Assembly: GCA_040386535.1 (NCBI GenBank)
Contig: JAZKFH010000012.1
Coordinates: 50,371 to 114,370, forward strand
Source of the DNA: Myxococcota bacterium
GTDB lineage: Bacteria; Myxococcota_A; UBA796; SXON01
DNA length: 64,000 nt
Reading direction: 5' to 3'
Position 1 is the first letter of the stretch, and each line of letters starts with the position of its first letter. The position numbers and the translations under genes were made by a program. Below are positions 11,137 to 20,555 of this stretch, piece after piece. The notes under the pieces were generated by a model. The model was not told the origin of the DNA and did no database searches. It saw only the letters and a program-made list of their open reading frames with translations.

Positions 11137-13235
11137 TCCCGTTCTGGGCGGCGTGCGCCGCGGCGATCGGCAGCGCGCACGCCGGGGAGGTCACGCTCTG
11201 GCACGCCTGGCGCGGTGACGAGCGGGTGGCGCTCGATCAGCTCGTGGAACGCTACAACGCGGAGTTTCCGGGCACGACGGTGCGCCCGGTGTTCGTGTCC
11301 TACGAGAGCCTCTCCTCGAAGGTCGAGGCGGCCGTGCCGCGCGGCAACGGCCCCGATCTGTTGGTGTTCGCGCACGAGAAGATCGGCGGCTGGACGGACG
11401 AGGGGCTCATCCTCCCGGTGCCGACCGACGCCGTGGGCGGGCTGCACCCGGTCACGGTCGACGCGCTGACCCTCCGCGAGCAGGTCTGGGGCTGGCCGCT
11501 CGCGTACAAGTCGCTCGCGCTGTTCTACAACCGCGCGCTCGTGGCCGAGCCGCCCGCCACCTCGGACGCCCTCCTCGCGGCCGCCACGGCGCTGCGCGGG
11601 CCCGATCGCTGGGGGTATGCCTGGGAGGCGTCGAGCGCCTACGCGGACGCCGCGTGGATGCACGGGTTCGGAGGCGGGGTGTTCGGCGGCGATGGGCAGG
11701 TGCGGCTCGACTCGCCCGAGAACGTCGCGGCCTTCGGGTTCGTCCGCGCCCTCGCCGACCTCGGCCCCGCCGAGCCCAGCGGCGCGCTCCTGACCCAGCT
11801 CTTCAACGAGGGGCGCGTCGCGATGGTCGCGAACGGGCCGTGGTTCCTCGGTGAGGTGGGCGCCGTCGACTACGGCGTGGCCCCGCTCCCCGTGGTGTCC
11901 GCCACCGGCCGCCCCGCCGCGCCCTACGTCACCGTCGAGGCCCTCTTCCTCGCGCGGGAGGGTGCCGAGGCGCGCGCCTTCGCCGCGTGGATGGTGGGGG
12001 ACCAGGCCGCGGAGGTGCGCCACCGCGTCGGCAAGCAGCTCGTCGCGAACACGTCGGTCGTCGTGACCGATCCGCGCCTCGCCGCGTTCCGCACCCAGCT
12101 CGACACCGCCGTGCCGATGCCGACGGGCAAGGCGATGGCGCAGACGTGGGAGCCGCTCGCCCGCGCGTTGCGACGGTTGGTGCGCGGCGCGATCGACGCC
12201 GAAGCGGCCGCCAAGGAAGCGCAGTTCCAGTACGCCATCGTCTCGCGGCCCGCGCCGCCCGAGGCCGATCCCCGGCCCTGGCTGGTCGTGGGCGGGCTCG
12301 CGCTCGTGGCCGGGTTCGTGTGGGTCGCGCGGGAGGCCATGCAAGCGCCGCTCGCGCGTTGGCGCTTCGCGTTCGCCTGGGTGGCGCCCGCGTTCTCGGC
12401 GATGACCCTGCTCGTCGTGCTCCCCTTCGTGGTGGGCGCGGCCGTGAGCCTGTTCGACTACGACCAGCAGGAGTGGACCTTCGTGGGCATGGCCCACTTC
12501 GTCGACATCCTGCTCGCGCGGGACTTCCCGCTCACCAGCCCGCTCTCCTTCTGGTCGACGCTCGCCGTGACGATGCTCTGGACCGTCGCGAACGTGATCC
12601 TGCACGTCGGCATCGGCGTCGCGCTCGCCATGCTCCTGCGCGAGCCCTGGGTGCGGCTCCGCGGCGTGTTCCGCGCGCTGCTCATCCTCCCGTGGGCGGT
12701 GCCGAGCTACATCACCGCGCTGATCTGGAAGGGCATGTTCCACCGCCAGTTCGGCGCGATCAACGGGCTGTTGGTCGCGATCGGCCTCGAGCCGGTGTCG
12801 TGGTTCGCGCAGTGGTCGACCGCGTTCGCGGCCAACGTGACGACCAACACGTGGCTCGGCTTCCCGTTCATGATGGTGGTCACGCTCGGCGCGCTCCAGG
12901 CCATCCCGCGCGATCTGGAGGAGGCCGCCGAGGTCGACGGCGCGAGCGGCTGGCAACGCTTCCGCCACGTCACGCTTCCCTTGTTGAAGCCGGCGTTGCT
13001 CCCCGCGGTCATCCTCGGGAGCGTCTGGACGTTCAACATGTTCAACGTCATCTACCTCGTGAGCGGCGGCGAGCCGGACGGGGGGACCGACATCCTCATC
13101 TCGCAGGCGTACCGGTGGGCGTTCACGCGCGGCCACCGCTACGGCTACGCCGCCGCCTACGCCGTGCTCATCTTCGGCGTGCTCGTGCTCTACGGCCGCG
13201 TCGCCAACCGCCTCGCCGGCCGGAAGGTGGTCTGA
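11133..13235 (+). CDS. Fused sugar-binding protein (MalE-like) and permease (MalF-like)
   Basis: Signal peptide; [22 protein letters not shown] (binding protein), then TMs with EAA loop [22 protein letters not shown]. Confidence 0.88.
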   Translation: MIPFWAACAAAIGSAHAGEVTLWHAWRGDERVALDQLVERYNAEFPGTTVRPVFVSYESLSSKVEAAVPRGNGPDLLVFAHEKIGGWTDEGLILPVPTDAVGGLHPVTVDALTLREQVWGWPLAYKSLALFYNRALVAEPPATSDALLAAATALRGPDRWGYAWEASSAYADAAWMHGFGGGVFGGDGQVRLDSPENVAAFGFVRALADLGPAEPSGALLTQLFNEGRVAMVANGPWFLGEVGAVDYGVAPLPVVSATGRPAAPYVTVEALFLAREGAEARAFAAWMVGDQAAEVRHRVGKQLVANTSVVVTDPRLAAFRTQLDTAVPMPTGKAMAQTWEPLARALRRLVRGAIDAEAAAKEAQFQYAIVSRPAPPEADPRPWLVVGGLALVAGFVWVAREAMQAPLARWRFAFAWVAPAFSAMTLLVVLPFVVGAAVSLFDYDQQEWTFVGMAHFVDILLARDFPLTSPLSFWSTLAVTMLWTVANVILHVGIGVALAMLLREPWVRLRGVFRALLILPWAVPSYITALIWKGMFHRQFGAINGLLVAIGLEPVSWFAQWSTAFAANVTTNTWLGFPFMMVVTLGALQAIPRDLEEAAEVDGASGWQRFRHVTLPLLKPALLPAVILGSVWTFNMFNVIYLVSGGEPDGGTDILISQAYRWAFTRGHRYGYAAAYAVLIFGVLVLYGRVANRLAGRKVV

Positions 13236-14083
13236 TGCGCGCCCCGTCCCCCTTCCGCGTCGCCGTGACCCACGCCGCCCTGGTGGCCCTCACCGCCGCC
13301 ACCATCTTCCCGGTGCTCTGGGTCGTGAAGATGGCGCTCTCGCCCTCGCAGAGCTTCACCCTCTCCGCGAACCCGCTCCCCACCGACGTGACGCTCGACA
13401 ACTTCACGGCGGTCGTCGGCACCACCGACGCCACGGGCGCGTGGTTGTTCGGGCGACAGCTGTTCAACTCGCTCGTGGTCTCCGGCGTCACCGCCGCCTT
13501 CGGCGTCGCGCTCGCGTGCACCGCCGGCTACGCGCTCTCCCGCTGGAACTTCCCCGGGCGGGACCGCATGATGGGCGCGTTCCTGCTCACGCAGATGTTC
13601 CCGGGCGTCGTGATGGCGATCCCGCTCTACCTGCTCCTCGACACGCTCGGCCTGCTCGACAGCCTCTCCGGCCTCGTGCTCGTCTACTCGACCACCACCG
13701 TGCCGTTCGCGACGTGGAACCTCAAGGGCTACTTCGACACGATCCCCCGGGATCTGGAGGAGGCCGCCATGCTCGACGGCGCGAGCCGCTGGGTGACCTT
13801 CACCCGCATCATCCTCCCGCTCGCCCGGCCCGCGATCGTCGTGACCGCGCTGTTCGCGTTCATGACCGCGTGGAACGAGTTCATCCTCGCGGCCACGCTG
13901 ATGGGCGACGAGCGCGCCTACACGCTCCCCGTCGTGCTCAACGGCTACGTCGGCGAGTTCGGGGCCGAGTGGGGCAACTTCGCCGCGGGCGCCATCCTCG
14001 TGAGCCTGCCGGTCACCGCGTTGTTCTTCGTCCTCCAGCGCCACCTCGTCGAGGGGCTGACCGCGGGCGGCGTGAAGGGCTGA
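13235..14083 (+). CDS. malG: Carbohydrate ABC transporter permease (MalG-like)
   Basis: [43 protein letters not shown]. Confidence 0.9.
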   Translation: MRAPSPFRVAVTHAALVALTAATIFPVLWVVKMALSPSQSFTLSANPLPTDVTLDNFTAVVGTTDATGAWLFGRQLFNSLVVSGVTAAFGVALACTAGYALSRWNFPGRDRMMGAFLLTQMFPGVVMAIPLYLLLDTLGLLDSLSGLVLVYSTTTVPFATWNLKGYFDTIPRDLEEAAMLDGASRWVTFTRIILPLARPAIVVTALFAFMTAWNEFILAATLMGDERAYTLPVVLNGYVGEFGAEWGNFAAGAILVSLPVTALFFVLQRHLVEGLTAGGVKG

Positions 14084-14102
14084 TCACACAGACACGATCG
14101 GC

Positions 14103-15020
14103 TCAGAGCGGCGCGACCGACACCTGGTACAGCTGCCAGCTCGCGCCGCCCTCGCAGAACAGGCGGCCCGCGTAGAAGCTGTCGACCGACGGGACGAGCG
14201 GCCCTTCGATCACGCTGCACGTCTTGCCGACGAGCGAGGCGCGATCGGCGTGATGGCGATCCGCGGGCGCGACGTCGACGATGCGCACCATGCGGCCGGC
14301 GGGCACCGGATCTCCCTGGAGCCGCCCGTCGGCCTTGCGGGAGGGCGTGCGTGCGCCGCCGGACGCGGGGGCCGGCGTGTCGCCGCCGGGATCGAGCGCG
14401 ACCTGGAAGAAGAAGTAGTCCACGCCGTCGTCGCAGCGGAGGGCGCCGGAGACCCAGGCGCCTCCGGTGGGCGCAAGAGCCTCCTCCACCACGGTGCAGC
14501 GCTGCCCGATGAGCGCGCCGCGTCGGGACGCGTTCGCGTCGGCCACGGAGAGGTCACGAATGCGGACGCGCGCGCCGATCGGCCAGGCGGAGGCGGGCGA
14601 CGCGTCGTCCACGGCGAGCTCGGGCCCCGCCGGCACGGCGGGTGGAGGGGCCTCGGGGGGCTCCAGGCCGAGCTCGCCGAGGGTGTCCCCGAAGGTGTCG
14701 CCGATGGTGCCCCCGACCATCGCGCTGAAGACGCCCCGCTCGATCTCCACCTGGTAGAAGTACAGGCCCTGGTCGTCCGGGCACGCGAGCGCGCCGCTGT
14801 AGTAGGCGTCCCGAAAGGGGCCGCGCGACTGCCGCACGAGACCGGGATCCCCCACGACGCACACCTGCCCCACGAGGTCGTCGCGGAAGCGCCAGAACGC
14901 GTCCTTGCGGCCCACCCCGTTGATGCGAACGGTCGTACCGGTCGCGATGAGCTCGGGCTCGTCCTTCGCGGCGGCGGGGGAGGAGAGCGTGAGCAGGAGC
15001 GCCAGGCCGCCGAGCATCAA
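14103..15020 (-). CDS. Secreted hypothetical protein with three internal ~62-aa repeats
   Basis: Signal peptide; three copies of VRI..D......L[VI]G..C.V....L.......G.L.C.......[YF]QV. Confidence 0.75.
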   Translation of the reverse strand: MMLGGLALLLTLSSPAAAKDEPELIATGTTVRINGVGRKDAFWRFRDDLVGQVCVVGDPGLVRQSRGPFRDAYYSGALACPDDQGLYFYQVEIERGVFSAMVGGTIGDTFGDTLGELGLEPPEAPPPAVPAGPELAVDDASPASAWPIGARVRIRDLSVADANASRRGALIGQRCTVVEEALAPTGGAWVSGALRCDDGVDYFFFQVALDPGGDTPAPASGGARTPSRKADGRLQGDPVPAGRMVRIVDVAPADRHHADRASLVGKTCSVIEGPLVPSVDSFYAGRLFCEGGASWQLYQVSVAPL

Positions 15021-16846
15021 TCGAGCACCAGGGGCTGGTTGCCGAGCTGGTTCGTGTGCGTGGTCTGGGCGCCGCCGGGCGCGGTGACGACGATGGTGTC
15101 GATCAGGCAGGCGCCGCCGAGGCCGAAGTGCAGCGCGGTGTCGTTCTGGATGCCCGCGTGCCCGTACCCGCCGGACACCTCCTGTGTCTGCGTGACGCCC
15201 CCCGCCGTCAGGTCGACGCGGGTGCCGACGGACAGGCCCTCCAGACGCACCCAGTTGCCGACGGGCGCGATGTTCTCGTACAGGTGCACCTCGCGGGTGG
15301 TCCAGGGCGAGCCCGAGCGCTGGAAGGACGAGCCGGTGGCGAAGTCGAGGTCACCGTCGAGATCGAAGTCCGCGATCGCCATGCCGGCGGGCCACGGGTG
15401 GTTCATCCCGGTCGCGTCGCTGACCTCCTCGAACTGGCCGGCCTCGGTCTGGCGCCACAACCACACGTGGGTGTCCTCGTAGTCGCTCGACCCGAGGACG
15501 ATGTCCTTCCACCCGTCGTTGTCGAAGTCCATGAACGCGGCGTGCAGGTCGCCCTCGTTCCACGAGCCGCGGCGGCTGCGGGCGAGGCCGTTGTCCTCGC
15601 TGTCGATCCGCTCGAACATGCCGGACCCGTCGTTCAAGAGGAGCTGCGTCGGATCGGCGGAGCCGCCGGCCCAGTCGTGCACGATGCTGGCCGTGTACGT
15701 GTCGTTGTCGCCGTCGTTGTCGATGTCGGCGCACACGGTGGTGAAGCCGTTGCCGGCGAGCCGCGCGGGCTGATCGTCGTAACCGACATTCCAGTAGTTG
15801 TCGGGGAACGCGCCGTTGCAGCGGACGGTGGGCGTCGGGTCGCCGCTGCCGCCGTAGGTCTCGTGCCAACAGGCGTACATGTAGTTGTCGGCGTAGTCGA
15901 AGTTGTCGTCGTCATCGAAGCCGGCCTCGTCGCCGATCTCGACGAAGCTGTCCCCGCCCTGGTTCGACCAGAGCTGGTTCCACGCGCGGCCGTAGTTGGT
16001 GGCGAGGAGCTCCGGGAGCGTGTCGCCGTCGAGATCGCAGGCCGTGGCGCCATAGGCGGGCCGCCGGGTGTCACGCTCGAGAAAATCCGCGGTCGTGCGG
16101 CCGCGCGCGAGGTTCAGGCCGACGTCGGCGGTCATGTCGGTGAACGTGCCGTCGCCGTTGCCGCGGAGGAGCTGGTCCTGGCCGGCGGCGGTGGACGCGC
16201 CGTACTCGAGGTAGAACGCCACTTGCCACAGATCGAGAACACCGTCGGCATCGTAGTCGGTGAACGACGCGGCGGTGACGGGGTAACCGTCCAGATCGCA
16301 GAGGTCGGAGCGGTCGGCGAAGGTGAAGTGCCCCGCGCCGTCGTTCAGGAGGATCTCGGAGCAATCGCCGGTCGCGTCCTCCGTGGCGTCGTCGAGGAAG
16401 CGGCCGGCGAGCGCGTCGAGATCGCCGTCGTTGTCGACGTCGCCGTACACGAACAACGTGGCGCTGCTGCCGGTGCCGCCGTCGCGGTTCTGGATGAGCC
16501 CGCTCTGCTCCGTCTCGTCGACGAACGTGCGCCCGCCGCCCTCGGCGGGGCGGTTCATCAGCACGTAGTGGTAGCGGACCGGCGGATCGGCCGCGAGGTC
16601 GTCGCGCGTGTTGCCGAACAGCTGCGTGACGATCAGATCGGGGTAGCGGTCGCCGTCGAGATCGACGGTCTGCAGGCGCCCGCCCTGAACCCCCACGAGG
16701 CCCCAGGCCTCGGTGTGGTCCTCGTAGGCCGTGTCCCCCGACCACGCGCTCGATGGCGCGGGATCACAGGTCGGCACGACCGGATCGGGCTTGTTGTCCG
16801 TGGGGTCGACGCAGGCGGCGAGGAGGAACAGCAGGGTGGGGTTCAC
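15017..16846 (-). CDS. CRTAC1/ASPIC-UnbV family FG-GAP repeat lipoprotein
   Basis: LAAC lipobox after GTG 16846; many DxDxDGxxD repeats; C-terminal QTQEVSGGYGH...LHFGLG. Confidence 0.85.
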   Translation of the reverse strand: MNPTLLFLLAACVDPTDNKPDPVVPTCDPAPSSAWSGDTAYEDHTEAWGLVGVQGGRLQTVDLDGDRYPDLIVTQLFGNTRDDLAADPPVRYHYVLMNRPAEGGGRTFVDETEQSGLIQNRDGGTGSSATLFVYGDVDNDGDLDALAGRFLDDATEDATGDCSEILLNDGAGHFTFADRSDLCDLDGYPVTAASFTDYDADGVLDLWQVAFYLEYGASTAAGQDQLLRGNGDGTFTDMTADVGLNLARGRTTADFLERDTRRPAYGATACDLDGDTLPELLATNYGRAWNQLWSNQGGDSFVEIGDEAGFDDDDNFDYADNYMYACWHETYGGSGDPTPTVRCNGAFPDNYWNVGYDDQPARLAGNGFTTVCADIDNDGDNDTYTASIVHDWAGGSADPTQLLLNDGSGMFERIDSEDNGLARSRRGSWNEGDLHAAFMDFDNDGWKDIVLGSSDYEDTHVWLWRQTEAGQFEEVSDATGMNHPWPAGMAIADFDLDGDLDFATGSSFQRSGSPWTTREVHLYENIAPVGNWVRLEGLSVGTRVDLTAGGVTQTQEVSGGYGHAGIQNDTALHFGLGGACLIDTIVVTAPGGAQTTHTNQLGNQPLVLD

Positions 16847-16928
16847 CCGCCGATGGTACCCGATCCCGGCGGGAGTCGGCTCGCGATCGGCCCAGGTCGC
16901 GATATGCCGGGTGTCGAACGGAGGCGCC

Positions 16929-17828
16929 ATGTGGTTGCTCGCGGTCCTCTCCTGCCAGCCCGTGATCAACGGCCCGGGCCCGAAGGACGAGGAAGAGCCC
17001 GTCGTGTTCGCGGTCACGAGCCTCGCGCCAACCTCGGGCCCGGCGTCGGGAGGCACGTCCGTGAGCGTGCGCGGGGCCGGCTTCAACGAGGCGAGCACCG
17101 TGACCGTGGGCGGCGCCCCGTGCGCCTCGTGGGCGTGGTTGTCCTCGACCGAACTCCTGTGTGTCACGCCCGCGGGGACCCCCGGCCCCTCGACCCTGGT
17201 GGTGACTGGGGGCGCGGAGTCAGCGTCGCTGCCCTACACGTTCCTCGAAGCGAGCGACACGGACACGGACACCGACACCGACACGGACACCGACACGGAC
17301 ACGGATACCGACACGGACACGGACACGGACACGGACACCGACACCGACACCGACACCGATACCGACACGGACACCGACGACACCGCCGCCGCCGTGCCGA
17401 TCGACTACTGCCACCTCCAGTACCCGTGTTCCCAGACCGTCTCCGGCGGGGCGAGCTCCGAGACCGTCTACGGCTGGGTGTACCAGGCCGGGGTCACCGA
17501 CGGCGCTGGGGCGGGCGCCGGGCTCGTCATCGAGGTCGGCGTCGGCCCGGACGGCTCCAACCCGGCGACCAGCCCGGCGTGGGCGTGGGAGCCGATGGCC
17601 TACAACGTCGACAAGGACGGCCTGTCCCCCGGCGACCTCGCGAACGACGAGTACCAGGGCCGGTTCGCCGCGCCCGCCACCGCGGGGTCCTACGACTTCT
17701 GCGTGCGCGCGAGCGCCGACAGCGGCACGTCCTGGACGTACTGCGACGGCGGTGGGGACGCGTGCCCGGGGAACGGCTCGGACGACGGCTACACCGCGAT
17801 CGACGCGGGTGCGCTCGTGGTGCCGTAG
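16929..17828 (+). CDS. Lipoprotein: IPT/TIG domain, (DT)n linker, C-terminal beta-sandwich module
   Basis: VLSC lipobox; LAPTSGPASGGTSVSVRGAGF (IPT/TIG); DT repeat; C-terminal NDEY..F.....G.YD...R.S.D.G.SWTYCD. Confidence 0.8.
   Translation: MWLLAVLSCQPVINGPGPKDEEEPVVFAVTSLAPTSGPASGGTSVSVRGAGFNEASTVTVGGAPCASWAWLSSTELLCVTPAGTPGPSTLVVTGGAESASLPYTFLEASDTDTDTDTDTDTDTDTDTDTDTDTDTDTDTDTDTDTDTDTDDTAAAVPIDYCHLQYPCSQTVSGGASSETVYGWVYQAGVTDGAGAGAGLVIEVGVGPDGSNPATSPAWAWEPMAYNVDKDGLSPGDLANDEYQGRFAAPATAGSYDFCVRASADSGTSWTYCDGGGDACPGNGSDDGYTAIDAGALVVP
17256..17384 (+). repeat. Coding hexamer repeat GACACS encoding about 20 DT units
   Basis: Directly visible in sequence. Confidence 0.95.
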
Positions 17829-17832
17829 AGGA

Positions 17833-18192
17833 TCAGCTCGCGGCGAGGAGCGGCTTGAGCTCGCCGGACTTGCGGAGGGCATCGAGGTCGGACGCGCCGC
17901 CCAGGAGCGCGCCGTTCACGAACACCATCGGGAACGTGGGCCAGCCCGCCCAGATCTTGATGGCGAGGCGCTTCTTCCAGCCGCTGAGGTAGTTGCCGTA
18001 CTCCAGGTACGTGTACCCGATGTCCTCCTCCTGGAGGATGCGGCGCGCGTTCTTCACAGGGACGTTCCAGGCCATTCCCACGACGACCACCTTGTCTCTC
18101 GCGACGGTACCCGCCACCTCGGCGATGGTGGCCGTGTGGTAACGGTCGCGGGCCGCGAGGGCGGACGGGTGGAAGCGGGAGAGGACGGTCAT
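17833..18192 (-). CDS. Glutaredoxin-like protein lacking cysteines
   Basis: WPTFPMVFVNGALLGGASDL is a glutaredoxin C-terminal signature. Confidence 0.8.
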   Translation of the reverse strand: MTVLSRFHPSALAARDRYHTATIAEVAGTVARDKVVVVGMAWNVPVKNARRILQEEDIGYTYLEYGNYLSGWKKRLAIKIWAGWPTFPMVFVNGALLGGASDLDALRKSGELKPLLAAS

Positions 18193-18221
18193 GGGGAAGG
18201 TCCGGGAGTTAGGAGGGGCGA

Positions 18222-19574
18222 ATGGCATCCAAGTTCTCTCGGATGGCGCAGCTCGGGGCGCTGACGACCCGGGTCTCGTCGTCCTATCTCGGCAACAAGG
18301 TGGCCGGGATCTTCCAAGGCGAGGAGGCGCGCAAGGCCGGCCTCGATCGTACCCACCAAGAGAACGCGGAGCGCATCGTCGCGAACCTGGGCTCGCTCAA
18401 GGGCGCGGCGATGAAGGTCGGGCAGGCGATCGCGCAGGTGGCGGACGGCTACGGCCTCCCGGAAGAGGCGCGGGCCGCCCTGGGAAAGCTGCACGACAAG
18501 GCCGAGCCCGTGCCGTTCGCGGTTGTCAAGCGCCGTATCGAGGCGGAGCTGGCCGGCGGGCTGGACACCCTGTTCTCGTCGTTCGATCCCGAGCCGATCG
18601 GCACGGCGTCCCTCGGCCAGGCCCACGGCGCCCGCCTGCCCGACGGGACCGAGGTCGTGGTGAAGGTGCTCCACGAGGGCATCGACGGCAGCGTGCACGC
18701 CGACCTGGGCGCCCTGCGCGCGATGCTCACGGCCGGGCGGGTGTTGAGGCGCCCCAAGGAGGAGGTCGACGCGATCTTCCAGGAGATCGAGGAGCGCCTG
18801 GGCGAGGAGCTCGACTACCGCCGCGAGGCGGAGAACCTCAAACAATTCCGCGCCTTCTTCCACAACGACGCGAACGTGACCATCCCCGCGGTGCACGACG
18901 GCTGGTCCACCGGGCGCGTGCTCACCATGGAGCGGCTCTCGGGGAAGCCGCTGCCGGTGTTCGTCGCCACGGCGACCCCCGCCGCGAAGCAGCACGCCGG
19001 CGTGACGCTCGGCCGCGCGTTCATGCGCATGCAGTACGAGCTGCGCGCCATCCACGCGGATCCCCACCCGGGCAATTACCTCTTCACGCCCGAGGGCAAG
19101 GTGGGCATCCTCGACTTCGGGTGTGTGCGCCGCCTCGAGCTCGGCTGGATCGCGGACTACGGGATGTGTGGCCTCGCGACCCGGAACGACGATCGCGAGG
19201 GGCTCATGGAGGCCTCCGTGCGCATCCGCGCCCTGACCCGCCGGGGGGACCGCGGCGCCGAGGACGTGTTGTGGGATCTCTGCCGCGCCATCGGCACGCC
19301 GTTCGCGAAGGGCGGCCCCTACACGATGGGGAGCGACCAGGACGACATCCAGGATCGCATCACGACGCTGGTCCCGCGGCTCGTCGGCTCGTCGGCGTTG
19401 CGCTCGCCGCACGAGCTCGTGTTCCTGCACCGCGGGCTCGGCGGGGTCTACCAGATCCTCAAGCAGCTCAAGGCCCGTGCCGACTGGGGCGGGATCTTCG
19501 AGGATCTCGCGCTGCGGTGCATGGCCGATCGGGATCGCGCCGCCGGGGTGCTCGGCACGAGCGCGGTGGGCTGA
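18222..19574 (+). CDS. ABC1/UbiB (AarF) family atypical kinase
   Basis: LKGAAMKVGQ, ASLGQAH, VVVKV, EELDYRREA, HADPHPGN, ILDFG. Confidence 0.92.
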   Translation: MASKFSRMAQLGALTTRVSSSYLGNKVAGIFQGEEARKAGLDRTHQENAERIVANLGSLKGAAMKVGQAIAQVADGYGLPEEARAALGKLHDKAEPVPFAVVKRRIEAELAGGLDTLFSSFDPEPIGTASLGQAHGARLPDGTEVVVKVLHEGIDGSVHADLGALRAMLTAGRVLRRPKEEVDAIFQEIEERLGEELDYRREAENLKQFRAFFHNDANVTIPAVHDGWSTGRVLTMERLSGKPLPVFVATATPAAKQHAGVTLGRAFMRMQYELRAIHADPHPGNYLFTPEGKVGILDFGCVRRLELGWIADYGMCGLATRNDDREGLMEASVRIRALTRRGDRGAEDVLWDLCRAIGTPFAKGGPYTMGSDQDDIQDRITTLVPRLVGSSALRSPHELVFLHRGLGGVYQILKQLKARADWGGIFEDLALRCMADRDRAAGVLGTSAVG

Positions 19575-19624
19575 GGTAGCGCTCGTCCGGGGGCGCGGTG
19601 TCGAAGCATGCAGGAGAGCCCGCC

Positions 19625-20158
19625 ATGCTTTCGGTCGCCGCCATCGCCCTTCTCCAGACCGCCACCGCCGCCGACGTCGAGTTCCACGTGGAGGCCACCT
19701 CGCAGATCATGCCCGAGACCGTGGCGCTCGACCTGCGCGGCCGCGTGGACGGCGAGAAGGACGCGTACATCACCACCGTCGCCCGCATCGATCCCACCGG
19801 CACCTGGATCGGGCGGGCGGGCATCGGCGTGGACCTGTTCGGCGGCAAGGACGGCATCGACCTGAAGCTCGGCCTGTTCCTCGGCGGCACCGGCGACCTG
19901 ACCGAGTCGTCGATGATCGGCCGCCCGACCGCGGGCGCCGAGGTCCTCTTCGGCGTCGGCATCGGGCGCGTGTACGGCTGGTACCGCCACACGGACGGAT
20001 TCGCGGGTCCGTTGGAGGATCGCCTCACCGAGGACGAGCTCCGGCTCGGCTTCCGCATCGTCGACACGGTGCGGGTGCACGGGCAGTACCTGATCTACAA
20101 CCCGGGGGACCACGTTCTGCGCGGTGGGGCCGGCATCGGGGTCGAGGTCATCCTCTGA
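19625..20158 (+). CDS. Secreted hypothetical protein, possible small outer-membrane beta-barrel
   Basis: Signal peptide; Gly-rich alternating beta-strand pattern. Confidence 0.6.
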   Translation: MLSVAAIALLQTATAADVEFHVEATSQIMPETVALDLRGRVDGEKDAYITTVARIDPTGTWIGRAGIGVDLFGGKDGIDLKLGLFLGGTGDLTESSMIGRPTAGAEVLFGVGIGRVYGWYRHTDGFAGPLEDRLTEDELRLGFRIVDTVRVHGQYLIYNPGDHVLRGGAGIGVEVIL

Positions 20159-20174
20159 CCGAACGGACCCGCCG

Positions 20175-20555
20175 CTAGCCCATCGCCCGCTGGTGCAGGA
20201 ACCGGCGCGACGCGGGCGCGGTGAGCCAGAGATCCTCGCCGCCCCGGCGCCACGTCACCGGGCCCCGTTCGCCGCGGACGAGCGCCGCCGCGGGCGTGTA
20301 GCGGCGGATGCGCGCCTGGGTGCCCTCCAGCTGCCGGAGGAGCACGTGTTGCGACGCCGGATCGAGCTCGCGGAACAGCTCGACGAGATCCAGGCGGGCA
20401 CGGTCCCGCTCCGAGAGCACCGGCACGCCGGGCTCGCGGTAGGGGTGGAGCAGGATCACGTTCTCGGGGAGCGGACGCGGTAGCGACATCTCGGCGACCT
20501 CGGTCTCAACATGCAGCCGAGTTGGCCGGCCCGAAGTCAAATGCTTGTCTTTCAT
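20175..20555 (-). CDS. Hypothetical protein (start uncertain)
   Basis: ORF fills the gap and overlaps the glycosyltransferase stop; no motif recognised. Confidence 0.4.
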   Translation of the reverse strand: MKDKHLTSGRPTRLHVETEVAEMSLPRPLPENVILLHPYREPGVPVLSERDRARLDLVELFRELDPASQHVLLRQLEGTQARIRRYTPAAALVRGERGPVTWRRGGEDLWLTAPASRRFLHQRAMG

